A stretch of 18,037 bases of DNA, from NCBI GenBank assembly GCA_900754175.1, contig CAAEBS010000039.1, positions 1 through 18,037 of the forward strand, written 5' to 3'. The first letter of the stretch is position 1. Each line of letters opens with the position of its first letter. The notes below the pieces were generated by a model, which was not told where the DNA came from, made no database searches, and saw only the letters and a program-made list of their open reading frames with translations. Below, one piece after another: positions 1 to 7,418 of this stretch. A program made the translations under genes and the position numbers. Source of the stretch: Clostridia bacterium (GTDB lineage: Bacteria > Bacillota > Clostridia > Oscillospirales > CAG-272).

Positions 1-24
1 CAGAATGGCGTAAATCGGCTCTCC

Positions 25-221
25 GTGTCATCCTGAGCGGAGGGCGACAGCCCGGAGTCGAACCCGCAGGGCGACCGCAGGTCGGGATCTCCGAACGTCG
101 AGCGCACCAACTTCGGCACCCCATTTCCGCCCCTCGTGTCATCCTGAGCGGAGGGCGAAGCCCGGAGTCGAACCCGGAGGGCGACCGCAGGTCGGGATCT
201 CCAAACGTCGAGCGCACCGAC
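25..221. repeat. Tandem direct repeat, two ~85-nt copies (25-110 and 136-220), period ~110-111 nt
   Basis: Both copies begin GTGTCATCCTGAGCGGAGGGCGA and run to GTCGAGCGCACC. By eye they differ by 3 substitutions plus one 1-nt indel (CGACAGCCC vs CGAAGCCC). A 25-nt spacer separates them. They lie downstream of the minus-strand DAHP synthase terminator. Confidence 0.9.
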
Positions 222-230
222 AATGGCAAC

Positions 231-270
231 AAAAACCCAAGCCTTCTCCGGTGGGGGAGAAGGCTTGGGT
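231..270 (-). terminator. Rho-independent terminator of the DAHP synthase gene
   Basis: Perfect 15-bp stem, ACCCAAGCCTTCTCC (235-249) with GGAGAAGGCTTGGGT (256-270), and a 6-nt loop. On the minus strand it is followed by TTTTGTT (plus-strand A-run 231-234). Confidence 0.85.
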
Positions 271-316
271 TACGTTTCATGACTTGGAGAACGAACAGCT
301 CTCCGGGTCATTGATT

Positions 317-1351
317 TTATACAAGATCCGCCAGCTCGTAGATCAGGCGCTCGCTCTTTTCCCAGCCAAGGCAGGGGTCGGTGATCGACTTGCCGTAGAT
401 GTTTTCGCCGATCTTCTGTGAGCCGTCCTCCAGGTAACTTTCGATCATGAAGCCCTTGACGTAGGAACGCACCTGCTCGGAATGGCGGCAGGAATGAAGG
501 ACTTCCTTGCAGATTCTGCCCTGTTCCTCGTATTTCTTGCCGGAGTTGGAGTGGTTAGCGTCCACGATCAGTGCCATATTGGCAAGGTTGCGGGCGGAAT
601 ATTCCCGGTAGAGGGTGATCAGATCCTCAAAGTGGTAGTTCGGGATCGCTTCTCCGTGCTTGTTGACGTAGCCACGGAGAATGGCGTGCGCCAGCGGGTT
701 TCCAGTGGAAACGCACTCCCAGCCACGGTAGAGGAAAGTGTGGGGATGCTGAGCGGCGGTGATCGAGTTCAGCATAACCGAAATGTCGCCGCCGGTGGGG
801 TTTTTCATACCGACCGGTACGTCAATACCGCTGGCAACCAGCCGGTGCTGCTGATTTTCCACCGAGCGGGCGCCGATGGCAACGTAGGAGAGCAGGTCGG
901 ACAGGTAGCGGTAGTTTTCGGGATAGAGCATCTCGTCCGCACAGAACAGTCCGGTTTCCTCAATTGCCCGGGTGTGCAGACGGCGGATGGCGATAATGCC
1001 AGCCAGCATATCCTCTGCGCCGTTGGGGTTGGGCTGATGGATCATGCCCTTGTAGCCGTCGCCGGTGGTGCGGGGTTTGTTGGTGTAGATACGGGGAATG
1101 ATCAGGATCTTGTCCTTGACCTTTTCCTGAACGGCGGCAAGACGGGAAATATAGTCCAGCACGGCGTCCTCCCGGTCGGCAGAGCAGGGACCGATGATCA
1201 GGATCAATCGGTTGGATTTGTCGGTAAACACATCGGCAATCTCCCCGTCCCGGATTTTTTTGGCTTCGGCGTATTCGGCACGAAGCGGATATTGCTCCTT
1301 CAGCTCCATGGGAATGGGCAGCTTGCGGATGAATTTAAGATTGTTTTGCAT
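317..1351 (-). CDS. aroG: 3-deoxy-7-phosphoheptulonate (DAHP) synthase, class I-alpha (AroG/F/H-like)
   Basis: 344-aa ORF with recognisable E. coli AroG-type blocks: IIGPCS, KPRTT, AIGARS, VGMKNPT, ILRG, DANHSNS, YGKSITDPCLGWE. Which paralogue (F/G/H) cannot be decided. RBS GAGAGG lies 8 nt upstream of the ATG. Confidence 0.93.
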   Translation of the reverse strand: MQNNLKFIRKLPIPMELKEQYPLRAEYAEAKKIRDGEIADVFTDKSNRLILIIGPCSADREDAVLDYISRLAAVQEKVKDKILIIPRIYTNKPRTTGDGYKGMIHQPNPNGAEDMLAGIIAIRRLHTRAIEETGLFCADEMLYPENYRYLSDLLSYVAIGARSVENQQHRLVASGIDVPVGMKNPTGGDISVMLNSITAAQHPHTFLYRGWECVSTGNPLAHAILRGYVNKHGEAIPNYHFEDLITLYREYSARNLANMALIVDANHSNSGKKYEEQGRICKEVLHSCRHSEQVRSYVKGFMIESYLEDGSQKIGENIYGKSITDPCLGWEKSERLIYELADLV

Positions 1352-1386
1352 GGCGTTGACCTCTCTGCGTTTTGAAATACGGTCTC

Positions 1387-1415
1387 ATTATAACATTTTT
1401 ATTTCATTATTTCAA
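1387..1415 (-). promoter_or_regulatory. Sigma-A type promoter for the DAHP synthase gene
   Basis: The minus strand reads TTGAAA (1415-1410), a 17-nt spacer, then TATAAT (1392-1387) preceded by TGT (extended -10). Confidence 0.6.
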
Positions 1416-1495
1416 TAACTCGACAAAAATTTTTCTTCCGGTTTGAAAAAATTCACGTTCCCGCCATGAATATTTTGAATTCTTGGAAAAAATGA

Positions 1496-1524
1496 TTGAC
1501 GAAATCACTTTTTTTTGTTATGAT
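1496..1524 (+). promoter_or_regulatory. Sigma-A type promoter for the flavin-reductase/proA/yfcE-like unit
   Basis: TTGACG (1496-1501), a 17-nt spacer, then TATGAT (1519-1524). It lies in an AT-rich divergent intergenic region. Confidence 0.6.
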
Positions 1525-1646
1525 ATAGTATAGGTAAAATTTCCCCGGCGAAAAATTACGGCAGAACGGGGAGCTTTTACCGCTATCAGAAAACGGGAAA
1601 GGAAAGAGGCGCCGCCTGCGGGCGGGTGCGCTTCGCTGTGGGTAGT

Positions 1647-2153
1647 ATGGAAAACTTTCGGGAAATCTCTCCGTTTGAAACAGAAAACGCTATGAAGCTT
1701 ATCGGCAAGGACTGGATGCTGATTACGGTAAAGGATGAAGAAAAGAACCGGGTCAATGCCATGACGGCGTCCTGGGGATGCCTCGGCTATCTGTGGAATC
1801 AGAGCGTGTGCGTCTGCTTTATCCGCCCACAGCGCTATACATACGGGCTGACCGAGCGGGAAGAGCGTTTTTCCATCGCTTTCCTCGGCGAGGAGCACCG
1901 GGAGGCACTGCGCCTTTGCGGCAGGCTGAGCGGAGCCGACTGCGACAAGCTTTCGGATGCGGGACTTACCTCCTGCACGCTGGACGGTGTTCCGGTGGTC
2001 TCGGAGGCAAAGCTCGTTATGGTGTGCCGGAAGCTGTACACCGATACCCTGAAGGAATCCGGTTTTTACGACCGGTCTCTGCTTGCCAATTACCCGCAGG
2101 GGGACTTTCACCGGGTGCTGATCGGAAAGATTGAAAAGGTATATATAAAATAA
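1647..2153 (+). CDS. Flavin reductase-like (FMN-binding split-barrel) domain protein
   Basis: The ORF is open from 1626 (GTG). ATG 1647 (MENFREISPFE...) is the more likely start. The block NAMTASWG plus the following hydrophobic strands is typical of the Flavin_Reduct family as I recall it. Confidence 0.7.
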   Translation: MENFREISPFETENAMKLIGKDWMLITVKDEEKNRVNAMTASWGCLGYLWNQSVCVCFIRPQRYTYGLTEREERFSIAFLGEEHREALRLCGRLSGADCDKLSDAGLTSCTLDGVPVVSEAKLVMVCRKLYTDTLKESGFYDRSLLANYPQGDFHRVLIGKIEKVYIK

Positions 2154-2181
2154 TGCCGGGAACGGCAATGGAGTAAAAAAT

Positions 2182-3432
2182 ATGGAACTGCGTGACGAAA
2201 TACTGGATTTATGCAAAAATGCCAAGGCGGCGTCTGCCAAGCTGGCGCTTGCCGACACCGAACAGAAAAACGGAATTCTGCTCTGCATTGCCCGGATTCT
2301 CCGGGAACACACCGCAGAGCTGACGGCTGCCAACCGGCTGGATCTGGACCGGGCGGCGGACAGCGGACTGGCAAAGGCGATGATCGACCGGCTGACGCTG
2401 AGCGAAAAACGGGTGGAGACGATCTGCCGCTCGCTGGAGGAGCTTGTCAATCTGGAGGACCCGATCGGAAAGGGAGAGTCGTGGGAGCGCCCCTCGGGCA
2501 TTACCATCCGGCACATCCGGGTGCCGCTCGGCGTGGTGGCGATCATTTATGAAGCCCGCCCCAACGTGACGGTGGATTCTGCCGCTCTCTGCCTGAAGAC
2601 CGGAAACGCCGTGGTGCTTCGTGGCGGAAAAGAAGCCATTCACACCAACAAAAAGCTGGTAGAGCTGATCAAGGCGGCACTTTCGGAGTGCGGTTTTGAT
2701 CCCCATTGCGTGGAGCTGATTACCTCCACCGACCGGGAGAGCGCACAGATTCTGATGAATATGCGGAGTTATATCGACGTGCTCATTCCCCGTGGCGGCA
2801 AGGGACTGATTCAGAACGTGGTGCAGAATGCAACCGTTCCGGTGATCGAAACGGGGGCGGGGAACTGCCACCTGTACGTGGACGACAGCGCCGATATGGA
2901 CATGGCGCTGAAGATCGCCGTCAATGCCAAGTGCTCCCGCCCGTCGGTGTGCAACGCCATAGAGACGGTTCTGGTCCATGCCGGGATCGCCGCCAAATTC
3001 CTGCCGCTGTTTGCGCAGGAAATGGAAAAGTTCAACGTGGAGATCCGGGGCTGTGCCAAGACCCGGGTGTTGATCCCCACGGCGCACGAAGCGACCGACG
3101 AGGACTTTTTCACCGAGTACAACGACTATATCGTTGCCGTAAAGGTGGTGGATACGCTGTCGGACGCCATTGCGCATATCAACAAATACAGTACCGGTCA
3201 CAGCGAGGCGATCATCACCGAGAACATGGAGAATGCCGAGCGTTTTCAGCGTGAGGTGAATTCGGCGGCGGTTTATGTCAACGCCTCCACCCGCTTTACC
3301 GACGGCGGCGAATTCGGCTTTGGGGCGGAGATCGGAATTTCCACGCAGAAGCTCCACGTGAGGGGACCTATGGGACTGCCGGCGCTGACCACCGAAAAAT
3401 ATCTGATTAACGGAAACGGAAACGTAAGATGA
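2182..3432 (+). CDS. proA: Gamma-glutamyl phosphate reductase
   Basis: 416 aa with typical ProA blocks: PLGVVAIIYEARPNVT, VLRGGKEA, IPRGG, NAKCSRPSVCNA (catalytic Cys region), HSEAIIT and NASTRFTDGGEFG. Confidence 0.97.
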   Translation: MELRDEILDLCKNAKAASAKLALADTEQKNGILLCIARILREHTAELTAANRLDLDRAADSGLAKAMIDRLTLSEKRVETICRSLEELVNLEDPIGKGESWERPSGITIRHIRVPLGVVAIIYEARPNVTVDSAALCLKTGNAVVLRGGKEAIHTNKKLVELIKAALSECGFDPHCVELITSTDRESAQILMNMRSYIDVLIPRGGKGLIQNVVQNATVPVIETGAGNCHLYVDDSADMDMALKIAVNAKCSRPSVCNAIETVLVHAGIAAKFLPLFAQEMEKFNVEIRGCAKTRVLIPTAHEATDEDFFTEYNDYIVAVKVVDTLSDAIAHINKYSTGHSEAIITENMENAERFQREVNSAAVYVNASTRFTDGGEFGFGAEIGISTQKLHVRGPMGLPALTTEKYLINGNGNVR

Positions 3433-3977
3433 GTAAATGGTTGATTGCTTCGGATATTCATGGGGACGCAACCTGCGCCGGGCGACTGCTGGAGCGTTAC
3501 CGGGAGTCGGGGGCGGAGCGCCTGATTCTTTTGGGAGATCTTTTGTATCACGGTCCCCGCAACGAGCTTCCGGCGGGGTATGCGCCGAAAAAGGTGATCT
3601 CTCTGCTCAACGAGGCAAAGGATGAGATCCTCTGCGTGCGGGGAAACTGCGACGCCGAGGTGGACGGCATGGTTCTTGCTTTCCCGATCATGGCGGATTA
3701 CGCATGGCTTTGCGCCGACGGGCTGAACTTTTTTGCCACGCACGGACATCATTTTCATCTGGACGCCCTGCCGCCCCTGCGCCGGGGAGATATCCTCCTG
3801 CACGGGCACACGCACGTTCCGGTCGCCCAGCGCTTCGGCGAGGACAACTGGTACGTCAATCCCGGGTCGGTCTCGATTCCTAAGGAAAATTCTCCGAGGA
3901 GCTGTATCCTCTATGAAAACCGGACGGTGACTTTCTTTGATCTGTTCGGCGACGCTTACCGGGAGATCCGCTTATAA
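3429..3977 (+). CDS. yfcE: YfcE-type metallophosphoesterase (MJ0936 family phosphodiesterase)
   Basis: 182 aa, collinear with my recollection of E. coli YfcE: SDIHG, LGDLLYHGPRN.LP.GYAPKKV, VRGNCD.EVD, THGH, GHTH.P, NPGSVSIPK. Its ATG overlaps the proA stop (ATGA), implying translational coupling. Confidence 0.85.
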   Translation: MSKWLIASDIHGDATCAGRLLERYRESGAERLILLGDLLYHGPRNELPAGYAPKKVISLLNEAKDEILCVRGNCDAEVDGMVLAFPIMADYAWLCADGLNFFATHGHHFHLDALPPLRRGDILLHGHTHVPVAQRFGEDNWYVNPGSVSIPKENSPRSCILYENRTVTFFDLFGDAYREIRL

Positions 3978-3996
3978 ATTATAAATAGGAACAAAC

Positions 3997-4043
3997 AAAA
4001 AGCACTGTGGAAAATGCGAGCGGCATGGACCCGGTGCTTTTTT
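3997..4043 (+). terminator. Possible terminator after the yfcE-like gene
   Basis: AAAAGCACTGTGG (3997-4010) pairs imperfectly with CCCGGTGC (4030-4037), followed by TTTTTT (4038-4043). The loop is large and the stem imperfect. Confidence 0.45.
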
Positions 4044-4125
4044 GACGGAAAAGGGGAGAAGGTGGGGATTTCGGTCGGATTTTCCAATTGGGGCGACTTT
4101 CTTTGTACAGAGTGCACAGGATAAA

Positions 4126-4143
4126 AGTTAGCATAGGGTAACT
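4126..4143. promoter_or_regulatory. Degenerate copy of the feo palindrome (AGTTAGCATAGGGTAACT)
   Basis: Same GTTAGC-N4-G(C>G)TAAC architecture as the three stronger sites, with one arm mismatch. It lies ~45 nt upstream of the -35 of the feo promoter. Confidence 0.35.
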
Positions 4144-4188
4144 CAATCGGTAAAATCCGACGAACTTGAAAAAATCGCAAAAAAAGTA

Positions 4189-4217
4189 TTGACAAAATTC
4201 CGCAGGAAGTCTATAAT
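4189..4217 (+). promoter_or_regulatory. feo operon promoter, exact consensus
   Basis: TTGACA (4189-4194), a 17-nt spacer, then TATAAT (4212-4217). Confidence 0.8.
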
Positions 4218-4224
4218 ATAGCAT

Positions 4225-4242
4225 GGTTAGCGAGGGCTAACC
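4225..4242. promoter_or_regulatory. Candidate operator 1: GGTTAGC-GAGG-GCTAACC
   Basis: Perfect 7+7 inverted repeat with a 4-nt centre. It starts 8 nt after the -10, so it covers the expected transcription start. Confidence 0.65.
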
Positions 4243-4258
4243 TATATTCCGGATCTTT

Positions 4259-4276
4259 GGTTAGCAAGCGCTAATC
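4259..4276. promoter_or_regulatory. Candidate operator 2: GGTTAGC-AAGC-GCTAATC
   Basis: 6 of 7 arm positions are palindromic. Its centre is 34 bp from that of site 1. It lies just upstream of the feoA RBS. Confidence 0.6.
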
Positions 4277-4311
4277 AAAAGATGACCGGCATACAGAGAA
4301 AGGATAAGAAA

Positions 4312-4524
4312 ATGATGCCGTTGATTGTAGCTGAAATGGGTGAAGAAAAGATCATCCGAAAAGTCGGCGGTTCGCCGGAGGTCAAAAAGCACCTGGAAAA
4401 TCTCGGCTTTGTTGCGGGGGGAACGGTGACGGTGGTCAGCTCCATGGGGGGAAACCTGATCGTCAACGTAAAGGAAGCCCGCGTTGCCATCAGCCGGGAA
4501 ATGGCACAGAAGATCATGGTCTGA
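4312..4524 (+). CDS. feoA: FeoA family protein (copy 1)
   Basis: The ORF track starts at 4282, but ATG 4312 has an RBS (GAAAGGA at 4298-4304) and yields a 70-aa FeoA-size protein. MMPLIVAEMGEEKIIRKVGG...LENLGF.GG..V is a typical FeoA SH3-like domain. Confidence 0.88.
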   Translation: MMPLIVAEMGEEKIIRKVGGSPEVKKHLENLGFVAGGTVTVVSSMGGNLIVNVKEARVAISREMAQKIMV

Positions 4525-4573
4525 CGACCGGATCCTGCATTTCAATCAGATTTCAATAAGGAGGAATACATAC

Positions 4574-4795
4574 ATGAAAACACTGCGGGAAGTCAAAGTG
4601 GGCGAGACGGTCAAGGTCGTCAAGCTTCACGGAGAGGGCGCCGTCAAGCGCCGCATCATGGATATGGGCATTACCAAGGGAACCGAAGTTCATATCCGGA
4701 AAGTAGCACCGCTCGGAGATCCGGTTGAGATCAACGTGCGTGGCTATGAGCTGTCTCTGCGGAAAGCAGATGCGGAAATGATCGAGGTCGAATAA
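4574..4795 (+). CDS. feoA: FeoA family protein (copy 2)
   Basis: ATG 4574 is preceded by TAAGGAGGA. The 73-aa product reads MKTLREVKVGETVKVVKL.GEGAVKRRIMDMGITKGTEV.I.KVAPLGDPVEI, the classic FeoA signature. Confidence 0.9.
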   Translation: MKTLREVKVGETVKVVKLHGEGAVKRRIMDMGITKGTEVHIRKVAPLGDPVEINVRGYELSLRKADAEMIEVE

Positions 4796-4830
4796 AAAAT
4801 GGGGGGAAGCCCCCGAATTCAAAGCAATTC

Positions 4831-4848
4831 AGTTAGCAAAGGCTAATA
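4831..4848. promoter_or_regulatory. Candidate operator 3: AGTTAGC-AAAG-GCTAATA
   Basis: Same TTAGC-N4-GCTAA core as the other sites. It sits in the 82-nt feoA2-feoB spacer, 30 nt upstream of the feoB ATG. Confidence 0.5.
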
Positions 4849-4877
4849 AACTGCTGATCAAAGAAAGGATATTTGCT

Positions 4878-7370
4878 ATGGAAAAAAGCAACATCAGAAT
4901 TGCTCTTGCCGGAAACCCCAACGCAGGTAAGACAACGCTGTTCAATGCACTGACCGGTTCCAATCAGTTTGTAGGAAACTGGCCGGGCGTTACGGTGGAA
5001 AAGAAGGAAGGAAAGCTGAAAAAGCACGATGATGTCATCATCACCGACCTTCCGGGTATTTATTCGCTTTCTCCCTACACCCTGGAAGAGGTTGTGGCGA
5101 GAAATTACCTCATCGGCGAGCGCCCCGATGCGATCCTGAACATCGTGGACGGAACCAACCTTGAGCGTAACCTTTACCTCACCACTCAGCTCACCGAGCT
5201 GGGGATCCCCGTGGTGGTTGCCATCAACATGATGGATATGGTGCGCAAGAACGGCGACCAGATCAACACCGCAGAGCTTTCCCGTCAGCTGGGCTGCAAG
5301 GTCGTGGAGATCTCGGCACTGAAAGGTACCGGTATCACCGAGGCGGCAGAAGAGGCGATCAAGGCTGCCAAGGGCACCAAGACCGTTCCCATGCACAGCT
5401 TTGCCGGATGCGTGGAGCACGCAATCGCCCATATCGAGGAGGCGGCAGTGCACAACCTTCCCGCAGAACAACAGAGATGGTACGCCATCAAGATCTTCGA
5501 GCGGGACGACAAGGTGCTTTCTCAGCTGAACCTGAGCAGTGAAGTTCTCGCTCATATCGAGGAGGACATCAAGGCGGCGGAGAAAGAAATGGATGACGAT
5601 GCCGAAAGCATCATCACCAACGAGCGTTACGTTTACATATCCACCATTATCAAGAGCTGCTACAAGAAAAAAAACAAAGGCAAGCTCTCCACCTCCGATA
5701 AGATCGATAAGGTGGTGACCAACCGGTGGCTGGGTCTTCCGATCTTTGCCGCAGTTATGTTTATCGTGTATTACCTCTCCATGGTGACGGTAGGTTCCTT
5801 CGCCACCGACTGGATGAACGACGGTGTGTTCGGCGACGGCTTCCACCTGCTCGGCATCGGCTCCTCCGCTTACGAGGAAGTCAATGACGACTACACGGCG
5901 GCAATGGAGGCTGTGGATGCCTTCGTCGGTGTGGAAGACGATTTCGACGCTGACGAGCTGATGGAAAAGATGAAAGCGTATGAAAAAGAGTCCGACACGG
6001 CAACGACCGATGTAGAGGACGAAGAAACGCTTGCTGTCACGACCATGACCGCTTATTACGATTCTATCCCCGATAATGCCGATGAAGAGACCACGGTTGC
6101 CATGACCTACGTGGATGCCGTGAAGTATCTCGAGGAGAACGGTTTTGACGAGCCGGATCCTGCCGACTACGGCGTATGGGTACCCGGTATCCCGGTTCTG
6201 CTTGGCAAGGCGCTTGAAGCCGCCAACGCACCCGAGTGGCTCTCCGGTCTGATCCTTGACGGTATCGTTGCCGGTGTGGGCGCAGTGCTCGGATTCGTTC
6301 CGCAGATGCTGGTTCTGTTCCTGCTTCTTGCATTCCTTGAGGCTTGCGGTTACATGGCACGTATCGCATTCGTGCTTGACCGTGTGTTCCGGAAGTTCGG
6401 TCTGTCCGGTAAGTCCTTTATCCCGATGCTCATCGGTACCGGTTGCGGTATCCCCGGCATCATGGCGTCCCGTACCATTGAAAATGAACGTGACCGCCGT
6501 ATGACCATTATGACCACGACCTTTATCCCCTGCGGAGCAAAGGTTCCGTTTATCGCCATGATCGCAGGCGCCCTGTTCGGCGGCTCCGCTTTGGTTTCCA
6601 CCTCCGCTTACTTCATCGGTATGGCGGCAATCATCGTGTCGGGTATCATCCTGAAAAAGACCCGTCCGTTTGCCGGCGATCCCGCTCCGTTCGTAATGGA
6701 GCTGCCCGCATACCACCTGCCGACGGTCGGCAACGTTCTCCGCTCCATGTGGGAGCGTGGTTGGTCTTTCATCAAGAAAGCCGGCACGATCATCCTGCTT
6801 TCCACCATTTTCGTTTGGTTCACCACCTACTTCGGATTCACCTCCGACGGCTTCCGGATGCTCTCCGAGGATGAGCTGGATCTTTCGATCCTTGCCAAGA
6901 TCGGTAGCGCTATCGCCTGGATCTTTGCTCCTTTGGGCTTTGGTACCTGGCAGGCAACCGTGGCATCTATCACGGGTCTTGTGGCAAAGGAAAACATCGT
7001 CGGAACGATGGGTATCCTCTATGGCGGCGACGGAAACGTGTATGCAACCCTTGCAACCGTGTTCACCGGCGTAAGCGCTTATGCCTTCATGGTGTTCAAT
7101 CTGCTGTGCGCTCCTTGCTTTGCGGCAATCGGTGCTATCAAGCGTGAGATGAACAGCGCAAAGTGGACCTGGTTCGCTATCGCATATCAGTGCGGCTTTG
7201 CTTACCTTGTCGCTCTGATGATCAACCAGTTCGGACGGGTGTTCATGGGTCAGATCAATGTGGTCGGATTCATCTGCGCTCTGCTGGTCCTTGCCGGAAT
7301 CATCTATATGCTGGTTCGTCCGTACAAGGAAGCTACCAAACTGGATGTCAAAGTAAAGGTATCCAAATAA
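4878..7370 (+). CDS. feoB: Ferrous iron transporter FeoB (G-domain plus polytopic membrane domain) with an acidic loop insertion
   Basis: 830 aa. G1 is GNPNAGKTT, G3 is DLPG and G4 is NMMD. Membrane-domain blocks include GYMARIAFVLDR..RKFGLSGKSFIPMLIGTGCGIPGIMASRT and FNLLCAPCFAA. Confidence 0.97.
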   Translation: MEKSNIRIALAGNPNAGKTTLFNALTGSNQFVGNWPGVTVEKKEGKLKKHDDVIITDLPGIYSLSPYTLEEVVARNYLIGERPDAILNIVDGTNLERNLYLTTQLTELGIPVVVAINMMDMVRKNGDQINTAELSRQLGCKVVEISALKGTGITEAAEEAIKAAKGTKTVPMHSFAGCVEHAIAHIEEAAVHNLPAEQQRWYAIKIFERDDKVLSQLNLSSEVLAHIEEDIKAAEKEMDDDAESIITNERYVYISTIIKSCYKKKNKGKLSTSDKIDKVVTNRWLGLPIFAAVMFIVYYLSMVTVGSFATDWMNDGVFGDGFHLLGIGSSAYEEVNDDYTAAMEAVDAFVGVEDDFDADELMEKMKAYEKESDTATTDVEDEETLAVTTMTAYYDSIPDNADEETTVAMTYVDAVKYLEENGFDEPDPADYGVWVPGIPVLLGKALEAANAPEWLSGLILDGIVAGVGAVLGFVPQMLVLFLLLAFLEACGYMARIAFVLDRVFRKFGLSGKSFIPMLIGTGCGIPGIMASRTIENERDRRMTIMTTTFIPCGAKVPFIAMIAGALFGGSALVSTSAYFIGMAAIIVSGIILKKTRPFAGDPAPFVMELPAYHLPTVGNVLRSMWERGWSFIKKAGTIILLSTIFVWFTTYFGFTSDGFRMLSEDELDLSILAKIGSAIAWIFAPLGFGTWQATVASITGLVAKENIVGTMGILYGGDGNVYATLATVFTGVSAYAFMVFNLLCAPCFAAIGAIKREMNSAKWTWFAIAYQCGFAYLVALMINQFGRVFMGQINVVGFICALLVLAGIIYMLVRPYKEATKLDVKVKVSK

Positions 7371-7418
7371 TCCGGACCGGATTCTGAACGGCTCGGGAAA
7401 AACAGAAAGGAGTTTGTC

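Noticed and set aside
40-200. T-arm-like GGTTCGACTCC (minus strand) in each repeat copy as a genuine tRNA or tmRNA gene
   Set aside because: The putative T-stem has a central mismatch (CCGGG/CCGGG) or is not conserved between copies. No acceptor stem, anticodon arm or CCA context can be drawn. It is kept only as a possible tRNA-derived repeat.
1531-1646. Leader hairpins upstream of the flavin-reductase/proA unit as a riboswitch or T-box
   Set aside because: It is too short for a T-box, has no specifier/T-box sequence and no recognisable riboswitch core. The hairpins lack a convincing terminator/antiterminator alternative.
1518-3471. Long minus-strand ORFs (1518-2546, 342 aa; 2209-3471, 420 aa) and the overlapping plus-strand alternative-frame ORFs
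   Set aside because: They are antisense or out of frame to the unambiguous flavin-reductase-like and proA genes. They have Arg/Gly/Pro-rich composition, no motifs and no RBS context.
4074-4161. Inverted AAAATCCGAC copies ~70 nt apart upstream of the feo promoter as a large structured RNA or MITE
   Set aside because: Only 10 bp of complementarity. The intervening sequence shows no further pairing or terminal-repeat/target-duplication signature. It is mentioned only in connection with the similar decamers at 13011-13039.
4801-4815. GGGGG-AAG-CCCCC hairpin after feoA2 as a terminator separating feoA from feoB
   Set aside because: The stem is only 5 bp with a 3-nt loop, and no T-tract follows on the plus strand (GAATTC follows). 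The flanking A-run would suit only a minus-strand terminator, and no minus-strand gene is present. It is more likely a minor mRNA structure.
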